This document shows positions 20,289-29,755 of a DNA stretch of 64,000 nt, piece after piece. A program made the translations under genes and the position numbers. The notes beneath the pieces are model-generated. The model was not told the origin of the DNA and ran no database searches. It saw only the letters and a list, made by a program, of their open reading frames with translations. Positions within the stretch are counted from its first letter, which is position 1. The number at the start of each line of letters is the position of its first letter. This stretch comes from an uncultured Oscillospiraceae bacterium (GTDB lineage Bacteria > Bacillota > Clostridia > Oscillospirales > Oscillospiraceae), in contig CAKTGM010000002.1 in assembly GCA_934561515.1 (NCBI GenBank), forward strand, positions 45,384-109,383, in the 5' to 3' direction.

Positions 20289-21152
20289 ATGATCCAGGAT
20301 ATCGAGCCGAAGCATCTTTTTAACGAGTGGAAGAAAAACGCCGTGCCGAAGGACAGCAGCGCCGTGGTGCAGTTCCGCGGGAACGAGCTTTTGTGCCGCG
20401 TGGACGATACGGGGTTGCATTTCCCCTCGCGCGCGCAGTTTGCAGAGAGCGACGCGGCGTTCATCTATCTCTTCGAGCTGGACGGGCGGGAGTATTACCT
20501 GCTCTTTGACGAAGAAATGCGCGCGCTCGAGGGCTATTCCTACCGCAATATCGCCCTCTTCCGCACGGAAAAGCCGCAGGAGCTTGCCTACGCCGCCGTG
20601 AGCGCGTGGCATCTGTGCTCGTGGTATCGCAGCGAGCGCTATTGCGGCTGCTGCGGAGAGAAGCTCGTCCGCGACGAAAACGAGCGCATGATGCGCTGCC
20701 CCAGGTGCGGCAACATGATCTTCCCGCGCATCAACCCCTCGGTCATCGTGGCGGTGACGCACGGGGACTACCTGCTGCTCACAAAGTACGCCAACCGCCC
20801 CGGCGCGCAGCGCACGGCGCTCGTTGCGGGCTTTACCGAGTTTGCCGAGAGCTTTGAGCAGACCGTGCACCGCGAGGTGATGGAGGAGGTCGGGCTCAGG
20901 GTCAAGGACCTGCGCTATTACCGCTGCCAGCCCTGGGGCATCAGCGGCAACATCATGATGGGCTACTGGTGCAGGCTCGACGGCGATGACGACACCATCC
21001 ATCTCGACAACTTTGAGCTGGCGGAGGGCGCGTGGGTCAGCCGCAAGGAGCTGCGCGAGAGCTTTGCCAACAACGGTATCGCCCTGACGGCGGAGATGAT
21101 CTCCGAATTTGCCGCCGGTCACGACCCCTACAGCATGGAAGCAAGGCACTGA
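20289..21152 (+). CDS. nudC: NAD+ diphosphatase NudC (NADH pyrophosphatase)
   Basis: Zinc ribbon CGCCG..CPRCG followed by a Nudix box; start trimmed to MIQDIEPK with a GGGAGGAAAG SD; TTGCAA-17-TACAAT promoter at 20219-20247. Confidence 0.85.
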   Translation: MIQDIEPKHLFNEWKKNAVPKDSSAVVQFRGNELLCRVDDTGLHFPSRAQFAESDAAFIYLFELDGREYYLLFDEEMRALEGYSYRNIALFRTEKPQELAYAAVSAWHLCSWYRSERYCGCCGEKLVRDENERMMRCPRCGNMIFPRINPSVIVAVTHGDYLLLTKYANRPGAQRTALVAGFTEFAESFEQTVHREVMEEVGLRVKDLRYYRCQPWGISGNIMMGYWCRLDGDDDTIHLDNFELAEGAWVSRKELRESFANNGIALTAEMISEFAAGHDPYSMEARH

Positions 21153-21157
21153 AACAG

Positions 21158-21194
21158 AAAAAACGTCTGTCCCCGCCGGGACAGACGTTTTTTT
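21158..21194. terminator. Bidirectional intrinsic terminator (nudC / ytrA-like operon)
   Basis: ACGTCTGTCCC-loop-GGGACAGACGT hairpin flanked by an A-run and a T-run. Confidence 0.75.
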
Positions 21195-21203
21195 CATATG
21201 ATT

Positions 21204-21737
21204 TCAGATGAGGCCGATTGACAGCAGGCGCATATTGTCCCACTGGCAGAGCGCGCGGAGCGCTCCGTCCTCGTACTCGTACAGCGTGCACGGGGTCCAC
21301 CAGTTGACGTTGAACTTGACAAAGGCAAAGCAGCGCTGACCGTTCACAACGATGATCTGAAAGGAAAAGATCGCGTGGTCGAGCTGGTCGGCGGCGGCGC
21401 GCATCATGGCGATCATCGTCTCACTGGGGGTGACGGTGTTGCCTGCGGAGTCGTAGAGCGTGGTGGCGACAAGCGTGTTGACCCTGTGCGAGCGAAGCGC
21501 GGAGGTGTCAAAGTCTGCATCGTCTGCGGTGTAGAAGACTGCACTATCGGGCGTGAAGGCCTCGCAGCGGCGGCTTTTGCCGCTTGCGTAGACCGTTTCG
21601 CAGACGCAGGCTGCGTCCTGCTCAGCCTCACTTTTCAGCGCGACATGGAGGAGCGCTTCGTCTGGTTCGCTCCGGAGGGAGAGAACCAGCGTAAGACCCA
21701 GCGCAAGGCAGAGCAGCGCGGCAAAAAGGCGTTTCAT
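21204..21737 (-). CDS. Hypothetical secreted protein (signal peptide), last gene of the ytrA-like operon
   Basis: N-terminal signal peptide MKRLFAALLCLALGLTLVLSL; AGGAGGA SD; no terminator between it and the upstream permease gene. Confidence 0.6.
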   Translation of the reverse strand: MKRLFAALLCLALGLTLVLSLRSEPDEALLHVALKSEAEQDAACVCETVYASGKSRRCEAFTPDSAVFYTADDADFDTSALRSHRVNTLVATTLYDSAGNTVTPSETMIAMMRAAADQLDHAIFSFQIIVVNGQRCFAFVKFNVNWWTPCTLYEYEDGALRALCQWDNMRLLSIGLI

Positions 21738-21794
21738 GGCGAATCCTCCTTACCTTGCGGCGGTCAGCGCCGCCGCTTTGTTTTTTCTGCCATG

Positions 21795-23744
21795 TTAGTT
21801 CGCGCTTTCCGTGGTGGAAGCGTCCTCGGCGGCGGGCAGGGTGTGAATGCCGTCGTCGCTGGGCGGCGTTACGGTGTTGGATTTCAGCTCGGACAGCAGC
21901 TCGCTGAGTACTTGCAGGGCGTTGGGCGTCGAGCCGTTCACATTGGGGGCGAGCGTATATACCTCCGGGCGGCCTTTTTCGTTGGTGGACTCAAAGTACA
22001 GCTCGGGCGAGAAGTGGGTGGGGGAATCGTACTGGTATTCCTGCACGGCGAAGATGTCGCTGCCGCCGTTATCGGAATCCTGAACGTCCTGCATCAGCGC
22101 GGCGTAGACCTGCCCGGCCTGCGCGGCGGTGAGAGAATAGTCCTTTCCGCCGGAGTTATCATCATAATAGTAGCAGTAGCTCTCGAGGAAGCGCGGCGTG
22201 TCGCCGAGGTGCTCGTAGCCGTAGCCGAGGACGCGGCGGAGCACGGATTCTCTGCACATATAGAGCGCGTTCACGCGCGCCGTGGCGGACGAGGGCACGG
22301 TGAGGTCGCTTCTCCGCAGATAGAGCGAATAGGAGCGCGAGAGCTGCGAGCCGTCCTTGAGGTAGTAGGTCAGGCGCAGGGAGAAAGGTTCGATGTCGGC
22401 ATAATCGCTCTGGGAGAGCGTATCTGCGTCCCATGCGTCTGCGATGCGCGCCTGCTCGTTCCGGTTTTTGACGATGGCCTGGTGCGCCGCGGTGAGGCGG
22501 CGGATGGTGTCGGCGTCGCCGGTCGTGACGTTCGTCATGCCGGAGAAGGTGTAGTAAACGGATTCGATCTCGCTCTCGTCCGGCACGCGCTTTTCATAGC
22601 CCGTGAGGTCGAAGCTCATCGCAACGCCGAGCAGCACGAGAGCAAGCGCGACGATGGCCGCGCCCTTTGCACCCGCGCGGAAGACGCGGAAGCTCTTTTT
22701 GATGAGCATCTCGGCGACAAAGTAGCCCACAAGCCCCGCCGCCGCCATGCAGAGGATCGTGCCGGGCAGGGAATCGTTGCCGCTCGAACGGTACTGGCCG
22801 AAGAGGAAATAGTAGAGGAACTGCCCGAGGGCAGCGGCGGTACAGAACGCCACGCCGTACTTGAAGATGGGCGTCGCCCACGGGAAGGCGACCGTCGAGC
22901 CGGTCATCTCGCTCTTGCGCGTGCGGTAGAGGAGCAGCGCGATGAGGGCGATGACAAGTCCCGCGAGCGCGTAGGCGGCGAGGATCATGAGCGAGCGGCG
23001 ATCGAGCGCGTAGGCGGTCACATAGTACGAGTCGCTCTCGCAGGTCTCGATCGAGGCGATGGCCACCTCGGTGCACATGGTGTACATATAGAGGGGCGGG
23101 GAGAGGAAACCGAGCGCAACGTCGACGTGTCCGCTGTAACCGTAGAGGAAATTGCCCGCAAAGTTGCGCAGCAGATATTCCATCGCCGGGACGAGGATAT
23201 TGCCGACGAAATAGAAGACGGGCGCGGCGAGGATCTGCCCCGTCATCATCATGCACAGCACGGCGAAGGAGTAGAAAAAGACGGCTTCGAGCATGGCGCT
23301 GCCCATGGCCGCGCTACTGACGCTCCAGAAGCTTAAGTGCAGCGGGGCAGAGACCGCCGCGCCGAGCAGGAACGTGACGAGGATGGTGGAAATCTGGCAG
23401 AACAGTCCCGTGAGGTAGGCGGTCAGAAAGATGGTCTCGCGCCGCACGGGGAGCGCGTGGAAGCCGTTCGTCGCGCGGCTCTGCGTCAGGTGCGAGAAGG
23501 CGAGCATCGCAAAGAAAAGGCCGAAGAAGAAGGAAATGAAGACGCCGCCGCGCACGCCGGCATTGAGCAGCAGGCTGGACGCATCCGCTGCGCTGTAACC
23601 GCCCTGATAGGCGGTAAGCTCTGAAAAGAGCGCGACCGGCACGAGGAAGAGCCACAAGGCGGTGTAGCCGAGCCAGAGCGGCCAGGTGTGCTTGAGCTGG
23701 CTGCGGAATAGGGTCTTATCAAAGAACGATGTCGCGGATCGCAT
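21795..23744 (-). CDS. ABC-2 type transporter permease with a large C-terminal extracytoplasmic domain
   Basis: About 10 TM helices in the N-terminal ~420 aa followed by a ~230-aa soluble domain; start trimmed to MRSATSFFDK with a GGAGGTGA SD; overlaps the upstream ATPase gene. Confidence 0.75.
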   Translation of the reverse strand: MRSATSFFDKTLFRSQLKHTWPLWLGYTALWLFLVPVALFSELTAYQGGYSAADASSLLLNAGVRGGVFISFFFGLFFAMLAFSHLTQSRATNGFHALPVRRETIFLTAYLTGLFCQISTILVTFLLGAAVSAPLHLSFWSVSSAAMGSAMLEAVFFYSFAVLCMMMTGQILAAPVFYFVGNILVPAMEYLLRNFAGNFLYGYSGHVDVALGFLSPPLYMYTMCTEVAIASIETCESDSYYVTAYALDRRSLMILAAYALAGLVIALIALLLYRTRKSEMTGSTVAFPWATPIFKYGVAFCTAAALGQFLYYFLFGQYRSSGNDSLPGTILCMAAAGLVGYFVAEMLIKKSFRVFRAGAKGAAIVALALVLLGVAMSFDLTGYEKRVPDESEIESVYYTFSGMTNVTTGDADTIRRLTAAHQAIVKNRNEQARIADAWDADTLSQSDYADIEPFSLRLTYYLKDGSQLSRSYSLYLRRSDLTVPSSATARVNALYMCRESVLRRVLGYGYEHLGDTPRFLESYCYYYDDNSGGKDYSLTAAQAGQVYAALMQDVQDSDNGGSDIFAVQEYQYDSPTHFSPELYFESTNEKGRPEVYTLAPNVNGSTPNALQVLSELLSELKSNTVTPPSDDGIHTLPAAEDASTTESAN

Positions 23745-24618
23745 AGTCCTCACCTCCCAGTTCATAGATGAAAATTTCTTCAAGTGACAGCGGCACCGCG
23801 TCGATGAAGACCGGGTGCAGCGCGGAGAGCTGCTGCACGAGCGCCTCGGTCTCGCCGCGGCAGATGAGCGTGTGGACGCGCCCGGTCTGCGCGTGGTGCA
23901 GCACCTTGATCTCCTGCGGCAGCTCGGGCAGCTCCGCGCTCTCAAAGGCGAGCTGGAGCTTCACGGTATAGTCCTGCAATTCGCTCAGCGAATGCTCGAG
24001 CAGGAGCTTGCCGCGGCTCATCACGCCCACATGGTCGCACACGTCCTCCAGCTCGCGCAGGTTGTGCGAGGAGACGAGCACTGTCGTGCCGCGCTCGGCA
24101 ACGTCCTGCAAAATGAGGCTCCACACCTGACGGCGCATCACGGGGTCGAGGCCGTCCACCGGCTCGTCGAGAATGAGGTAGTCCGGCATCGTGCACATGG
24201 CGAGCCAGAAGGCCGCCTGCTTCTGCTGGCCCTTGCTCATGCGGCGCAGCGGCCGCTTTTCGTCGAGCGCGAAGACCTCGCGGAGCTTTTCAAAGCGCTC
24301 CTGATTGAACCTCGGGTACAGCCCGCGGTAAAAGTGCATCATATCGCGCAGGCCCGCCTGCATAAAGTAGAACCAGTCGTCGGGGATGGAGGCGATGCGC
24401 GCCTTCACGCCCGCGTTTTCCCAGACCTCCTCGCCATCGAGGGTCACGCTGCCCTCGTCCTGACGGTAAACGCCCGTGAGGTGGCGCAGCAGCGTTGTCT
24501 TGCCCGCGCCGTTCGGCCCGACAAGACCGTAGACCGCGCCGCGCGGCACGCTCAGATCCGCGCCGTCGAGCGCGGCAAAGCCGTCAAAGGTCTTTTTAAG
24601 ACCGCGTACTTCAATCAT
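23719..24618 (-). CDS. ABC transporter ATP-binding protein
   Basis: Walker A GPNGAGKTT, signature LSKGQQ, Walker B ILDEP; ATGA overlap with the GntR gene. Confidence 0.85.
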   Translation of the reverse strand: MIEVRGLKKTFDGFAALDGADLSVPRGAVYGLVGPNGAGKTTLLRHLTGVYRQDEGSVTLDGEEVWENAGVKARIASIPDDWFYFMQAGLRDMMHFYRGLYPRFNQERFEKLREVFALDEKRPLRRMSKGQQKQAAFWLAMCTMPDYLILDEPVDGLDPVMRRQVWSLILQDVAERGTTVLVSSHNLRELEDVCDHVGVMSRGKLLLEHSLSELQDYTVKLQLAFESAELPELPQEIKVLHHAQTGRVHTLICRGETEALVQQLSALHPVFIDAVPLSLEEIFIYELGGEDYAIRDIVL

Positions 24619-24980
24619 TTCGCTTCTCCCTCCCTGCACAATGCCTGAATCTCTTCTTCGCTCGCGCCCATGGCGCGCAGCTCCTGCAGGAGCTCTTTGA
24701 CCTGCTCTTCCAGCGCGCGGCGGCGCTTGTCGTTGCGCTCGCGGTAGGTGTGCACGGCAAAGCAGCCCTTTCCCGGCACCGAGCAGCAGTAGCCGCTCGA
24801 TTCCAGCTCGTTGTAGGCGCGCTGGATGGTATTGGGGTTGATGGCCAGCTGCGTCGCCAGCGCGCGCACCGAGGGGAGCTTGTCCCCGTCGGCGATGACG
24901 CCCGAGACGATCAGCCGCCGCAGCCCGTCGCACACCTGCTCGTAGATCGGGCGCGAGTCGCGGTAATTCAAGGTGATCAT
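24615..24980 (-). CDS. GntR-family (YtrA-subfamily) transcriptional repressor
   Basis: Short GntR protein (121 aa) with an N-terminal winged HTH (LPSVRALATQLAINPNTIQRAY); AGGAGG SD; heads a GntR-ABC operon as in ytrABCDEF. Confidence 0.8.
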   Translation of the reverse strand: MITLNYRDSRPIYEQVCDGLRRLIVSGVIADGDKLPSVRALATQLAINPNTIQRAYNELESSGYCCSVPGKGCFAVHTYRERNDKRRRALEEQVKELLQELRAMGASEEEIQALCREGEAK

Positions 24981-24996
24981 GACACGCCTCCTGTAC

Positions 24997-25080
24997 TCAC
25001 TGTCTGCACAGCACGGCAAGCAGCAGGATGCCGAGCAGGAGCAGGCCGAGTGCCGGGATCAGAAGGATCGAATGGAACAT
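24997..25080 (-). CDS. Putative 27-aa hydrophobic leader micro-protein (MFHSILLIPALGLLLLGILLLAVLCRQ)
   Basis: ATG 6 nt after a perfect AAGGAGG SD; single predicted TM helix; lies between the palindromic operator (25093-25117) and the GntR start (24980). Confidence 0.4.
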   Translation of the reverse strand: MFHSILLIPALGLLLLGILLLAVLCRQ

Positions 25081-25092
25081 AGGCGCCTCCTT

Positions 25093-25117
25093 GCTGTACT
25101 AAGTGTTCTAGTACAGC
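25093..25117. promoter_or_regulatory. Candidate GntR/YtrA operator: 9-bp inverted repeat GCTGTACTA-N7-TAGTACAGC
   Basis: Perfect palindrome directly upstream of the leader ORF / GntR operon; contains the GT..AC core typical of GntR operators. Confidence 0.45.
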
Positions 25118-25373
25118 AAGGATAGCATACGCGCGGCGCGCTTGTCAAGCTCTTTTTCACGTCCCGACAAGCGGATAAAAACCACATGGCATTCATGAAA
25201 AACAACAAAATATAGTCTGCTTTCTGCATAAATACAAAATTTTACTCATTCTTAGCGGCAGAAAACGCCGCATTGCCCGTTGACAGCGGGCGCGTGTTTT
25301 GGTATGCTTTGACCATGAAATATTTTCATCCGATGTTTCATAACGTGTCATTTTTTCGGAAAGGGGAAAGAAT

Positions 25374-26768
25374 ATGGAGCAATTTATGCAAATCAACAAG
25401 GCGATCAACGGCTTTGTGTGGGGCCCTGTGATGCTGGCGCTGCTCGTGGGTACGGGCGTGTACCTGAGCATCGCCGTGGGCTTTATCCAGTTTTCCAAGA
25501 TCGGCTACTGGTGGAAAAACACCATCGGCAGAATTTTTAAGAAGAGCGAGGCGGGCGAGGGCGAGATCACGCCCCTGCAGGCCGTGTCCACGGCCCTTGC
25601 CTCCACCGTCGGCACGGGCAACATCGCCGGCGTCACGGGCGCGATCATCCTCGGCGGCCCGGGCGCGGTGTTCTGGATGTGGGTCTCGGCGCTGTTCGGC
25701 ATGGTGACGAAGTTCTCCGAGGTGACGCTGGCCGTCAAGTACCGCGAGCGCAACGAAAAGGGCGACTGGTGCGGCGGCCCGATGTACTACATTAAAAACG
25801 GACTCGGCCCGAAGTGGAAGTGGCTCGGCGGCGTGTTCTCCGTCCTCGGTGCGATCGCGGCCTTCGGCATCGGCAACATTGCGCAGGTGCATTCCATCGC
25901 GGACTCCGTCAAGTCCGTTGCCGTTGCCTTCAACGAGAATGCGGCCAGCAGGGAAAGGCTCATCTGCCTCATCACGGGCATCTGCGTTGCGGCCTTTGTG
26001 GCGCTCGTGCTCATCGGCGGCGTGAAGCGCATCGGTCAGGTCACGGAAAAGCTCGTGCCCCTCATGGCGGTCATCTACATCGTCTGCGCGCTCATCGTGG
26101 TGTTTGCCAACGCCTCTCAGGTGCCGGCGGTCTTCGCCTCCATCTTCAAGGGCGCGTTCAACCCCGCGGCCGTCACCGGCGGCGCGGCGGGCATCGGCAT
26201 CAAGCTTGCGATGACCAAGGGCGTCGGCCGCGGCGTTTTCTCCAATGAGGCAGGTCTCGGCTCCGCGCCCATCGCGCACGCCGCCACCTCGGAGAAGAAC
26301 CCCGTCAAGCAGGGCCTCTACGGTATTTTCGAGGTCTTCATGGATACCATCGTCATCTGCACGCTCACGTCCCTCGTCGTCCTCTGCTCCGGCGCGGCGG
26401 ACGGCAACTACGGCAACGATGCCCTTGCGGGCGTGCCCACCGCGGTCGCGGGCTTTTCGAGCGTCTTCGGCGACAAGGCCGGTTCGATGATCCTCGCCGT
26501 CGGCCTGCTGCTCTTTGCAACGTCCACCATCCTCGGCTGGGCGCTCTACGGCACGCGCTGCGCGGAGTTTCTCTTCGGCAGCAGGATCATCCGTCCCTAT
26601 CAGATCGTCTTCTGCCTTGTGGTCATCGGCGGCGCGGTCGCGGACCTCTCGCTTGTGTGGGATATCTCCGATACGCTCAACGGCCTCATGGCCATCCCCA
26701 ACCTCATCGCGCTGCTGCTGCTCAGCCCCGTCGTTATCAAGCTGACGCGCGAGCACTTCAGAAAATAA
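25374..26768 (+). CDS. Sodium:alanine symporter family protein (AGCS)
   Basis: AGCS family signature (TGNIAGVTGAI) and multiple TM helices; TTGACA-17-TATGCT promoter at about 25290; terminator 26799-26829. Confidence 0.85.
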   Translation: MEQFMQINKAINGFVWGPVMLALLVGTGVYLSIAVGFIQFSKIGYWWKNTIGRIFKKSEAGEGEITPLQAVSTALASTVGTGNIAGVTGAIILGGPGAVFWMWVSALFGMVTKFSEVTLAVKYRERNEKGDWCGGPMYYIKNGLGPKWKWLGGVFSVLGAIAAFGIGNIAQVHSIADSVKSVAVAFNENAASRERLICLITGICVAAFVALVLIGGVKRIGQVTEKLVPLMAVIYIVCALIVVFANASQVPAVFASIFKGAFNPAAVTGGAAGIGIKLAMTKGVGRGVFSNEAGLGSAPIAHAATSEKNPVKQGLYGIFEVFMDTIVICTLTSLVVLCSGAADGNYGNDALAGVPTAVAGFSSVFGDKAGSMILAVGLLLFATSTILGWALYGTRCAEFLFGSRIIRPYQIVFCLVVIGGAVADLSLVWDISDTLNGLMAIPNLIALLLLSPVVIKLTREHFRK

Positions 26769-27022
26769 GCAAAGCAGCGGCAAAGTCTTTGGCGCTGAAA
26801 AGAGACGGCCCCGGCCGTCTCTTTTTCTGCCCCCTTTTGCCGCGCGGGGCGGGAAAACGCAAAAAAATTCGACAGAAAGCCAAAGGTTTTGCTTTACAAC
26901 GGGGAAAAGCTGTGTTACTATAATTCAGCACGCTTATCGTGCATTCCCGCACTTGGGACGTGGAGGACTCACCGACCCGCCGCTCAGTGCAGGGAGAATT
27001 TCAGAAAGGTGGATCATACACT

Positions 27023-27289
27023 ATGATGCTCAAAGACCAGAAGACGGCCATCATCGAGGCCAACCGCACCCACGAAAGCGACACCGGTTCTCCGGAGGTT
27101 CAGGTCGCTATCCTCACCGAGCGTATCGCTCAGCTCACCGAGCACCTCAAGCAGCACCCGCAGGACAACCACTCCCGCCGCGGCCTGTACAAGATGATCG
27201 GTAAGCGCCGCAGCCTTCTCGATTACCTCATGAAGAAGGACATCGAGCGCTATCGTGCCCTGATCGCCAAGCTGGGTATCCGTAAGTAA
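27023..27289 (+). CDS. rpsO: 30S ribosomal protein S15
   Basis: [27 protein letters not shown] is canonical S15; start trimmed to MMLKDQ; terminator/processing hairpin 27301-27330. Confidence 0.95.
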   Translation: MMLKDQKTAIIEANRTHESDTGSPEVQVAILTERIAQLTEHLKQHPQDNHSRRGLYKMIGKRRSLLDYLMKKDIERYRALIAKLGIRK

Positions 27290-27471
27290 GTTTGAAAACA
27301 GGGTGATGCGCACGCATCACCCTTCTTTTCTTACTCCCGCCCTGCACTTTCCCCGCGCGTATGAGAGCCTGCTATGCTTTAGCAGTTGAAAAAGCGGCGG
27401 CGCGCCGACGTTTTTTCAAGTGCTAAACGGTCGGCTCCCATACGGAATTTTTACAAAAAGGAGATCGACAA

Positions 27472-29625
27472 ATGTCTACCATCATCACCAGGAGACAGTT
27501 CCCCAATTACCGCAAGTACGAGATGGAGCTCGCAGGCCGTCCCCTCACGCTCGAGGTCGGCAAGCTCGCCGAGCTCGCCAACGCCGCCGTCATGGTCGGC
27601 TACGGCGATACCCGCGTGCTCGTCTGCGCCACCGCTTCCGCCCGTCCCCGCGACGGCATCGACTTCTTCCCCCTCTCCGTTGACTTTGAGGAGAAGCTTT
27701 ACTCCGTCGGCCGCATCCCCGGCTCGTTCAACCGCCGCGAGGGCCGTCCCGGCGAAAAGGGCATCCTGACGAGCCGCGTCATCGACCGCCCCATCCGCCC
27801 CCTCTTCCCCTATGACTTCCGCAACGACGTTTCCATCATGGCGACGGTCATGAGCGTCGATCACGACTGCTCCCCCGAGATCGCGGCCCTGATCGGCACC
27901 TCCGCCGCCCTCGCCATCTCTGACATCCCCTGGAACGGCCCTGTCGGCGCGCTCAAGGTCGGCCTTGTGGACGGCGAGCTCGTCCTCAACCCCACGAGCG
28001 AGCAGCGCAAGGTCTCCGACCTTGACGTCACCGTCGTTTCCACCGGCAAGAAGGTCGTCATGATCGAGGCCGGCGCGAACGAGGTCGATAACGACACCAT
28101 GTACAAGGCCATCGAGCTTGCCCACAACGAGAACCAGAAGCAGGTCGAGCTCATCAACCGCATGGTCGCCGAGATCGGCAAGCCCAAGTTCGACTACCCG
28201 CACGCGAGCTTCAACCAGGAGCTGTTCGACAAGATCGTCGAGAACTTCATGGACGAGGCCAAGGCCGCGATGGACACCGACGACAAGAACGTCCGCGAGG
28301 CCCGCTGGAACGAGATGATCGAGCACTGGCACGAGAAGTACCTCGAGGAGTATCCCGACATGGATCAGTTCCTCGACGAGATCACCTACAAGTTCCAGAA
28401 GAAGATCGTCAAGGCATGGCTGCTCGAAGGCCACCGCGTTGACGGCCGCGCCAAGAACGAGATCCGCCCCCTCGACGCCGAGGTCGGCGTGCTGCCCCGC
28501 GTCCACGGCTCGGGCCTCTTCACCCGCGGCCAGACGCAGGTGCTCTCCGTCTGCACGCTCGACACGCTTTCCGCCGCCCAGAAGCTCGACACCATCTGGG
28601 AAGAGACCGAAAAGCGCTATATGCACCACTACAACTTCCCCGGCTACTCTGTCGGCGAGGCCAAGCCCTCCCGCAGCCCCGGCCGCCGCGAGATCGGCCA
28701 CGGCGCTCTTGCCGAGCGCGCGCTGCTGCCGGTCATCCCGTCGGTTGACGACTTCCCGTATGCCATCCGCGTTGTGAGCGAGGTCGTCTCCTCCAACGGC
28801 TCGACCTCTCAGGGCTCCATCTGCGGCTCCACGCTCGCGCTGATGGACGCAGGCGTTCCCATCAAGGCGCCCGTCGCCGGTATCTCCTGCGGCCTCATCC
28901 AGGATGGCGACGATTTCACCACCTTTATCGACATTCAGGGCGTTGAGGACTTCCACGGCGAGATGGACTTCAAGGTCGCCGGTACCAAGAAGGGCATCAC
29001 CGCCATCCAGATGGACCTCAAGAACGACGGCCTCACCATGGCCATCATCAAGAACGCTCTCGAGATCACCTATGACGCGCGCGTGCAGATCCTCGACCAG
29101 ATCATGCTGCCCTGCATCGCAGAGCCGCGCGCCGAGGTCAGCGAGTACGCGCCCAAGATGATCACCATGCACATCGACCCCGAGCGCATCCGCGAGGTCA
29201 TCGGCAAGGGCGGCAGCGTCATCCAGAAGATCGTGGCCGACACCGGCGCCAAGGTCGACATTGAGGACGACGGCACCATCCACATCGCCTCTGCCAACGC
29301 CGCCGCGTGCGACGCTGCGAAGAAGTGCATCGACGATATCGTCTTCGTGCCCGAGGTCGGCAAGCTCTACTACGGCCGCGTCGTGCGCCTGATGCAGTTC
29401 GGCGCGTTCGTCGAGATCGCCCCGGGCAAGGACGGCCTTGTCCACATCTCCAAGCTCGACCGCAAGCGCGTCGAGAAGGTCGAGGACGTGGTCACCGTCG
29501 GCGACATGATCTGGGTCAAGTTCATGGAGATCGACGAGAAGGGCCGCTGGAACCTCTCCCGCAAGGACGCTCTCATCGAGATCGAGGCCCAGCAGGCCGC
29601 CGCGAAGGCTGCCAAGCAGCAGTAA
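27472..29625 (+). CDS. pnp: Polyribonucleotide nucleotidyltransferase (PNPase)
   Basis: Two RNase PH domains, KH and S1 domains; conserved rpsO-pnp arrangement; terminator 29652-29680. Confidence 0.95.
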   Translation: MSTIITRRQFPNYRKYEMELAGRPLTLEVGKLAELANAAVMVGYGDTRVLVCATASARPRDGIDFFPLSVDFEEKLYSVGRIPGSFNRREGRPGEKGILTSRVIDRPIRPLFPYDFRNDVSIMATVMSVDHDCSPEIAALIGTSAALAISDIPWNGPVGALKVGLVDGELVLNPTSEQRKVSDLDVTVVSTGKKVVMIEAGANEVDNDTMYKAIELAHNENQKQVELINRMVAEIGKPKFDYPHASFNQELFDKIVENFMDEAKAAMDTDDKNVREARWNEMIEHWHEKYLEEYPDMDQFLDEITYKFQKKIVKAWLLEGHRVDGRAKNEIRPLDAEVGVLPRVHGSGLFTRGQTQVLSVCTLDTLSAAQKLDTIWEETEKRYMHHYNFPGYSVGEAKPSRSPGRREIGHGALAERALLPVIPSVDDFPYAIRVVSEVVSSNGSTSQGSICGSTLALMDAGVPIKAPVAGISCGLIQDGDDFTTFIDIQGVEDFHGEMDFKVAGTKKGITAIQMDLKNDGLTMAIIKNALEITYDARVQILDQIMLPCIAEPRAEVSEYAPKMITMHIDPERIREVIGKGGSVIQKIVADTGAKVDIEDDGTIHIASANAAACDAAKKCIDDIVFVPEVGKLYYGRVVRLMQFGAFVEIAPGKDGLVHISKLDRKRVEKVEDVVTVGDMIWVKFMEIDEKGRWNLSRKDALIEIEAQQAAAKAAKQQ

Positions 29626-29755
29626 GCGGTTTACCCCCAAAAAGCAAACAGAAAGCAGCGCCGAGGGCGCTGCTTTTTTTGCGCCTGCGCGCCCCTCTTT
29701 TCAAATTCCCAGTCATGTGCTATACTTTCTCCATATGAGAAAAGGGGGGAGCTGC

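Noticed and set aside
25193-25498. 101-aa minus-strand ORF in the AGCS promoter/5' region
   Set aside because: AT-rich intergenic promoter DNA and the antisense of the AGCS N-terminus; no SD.
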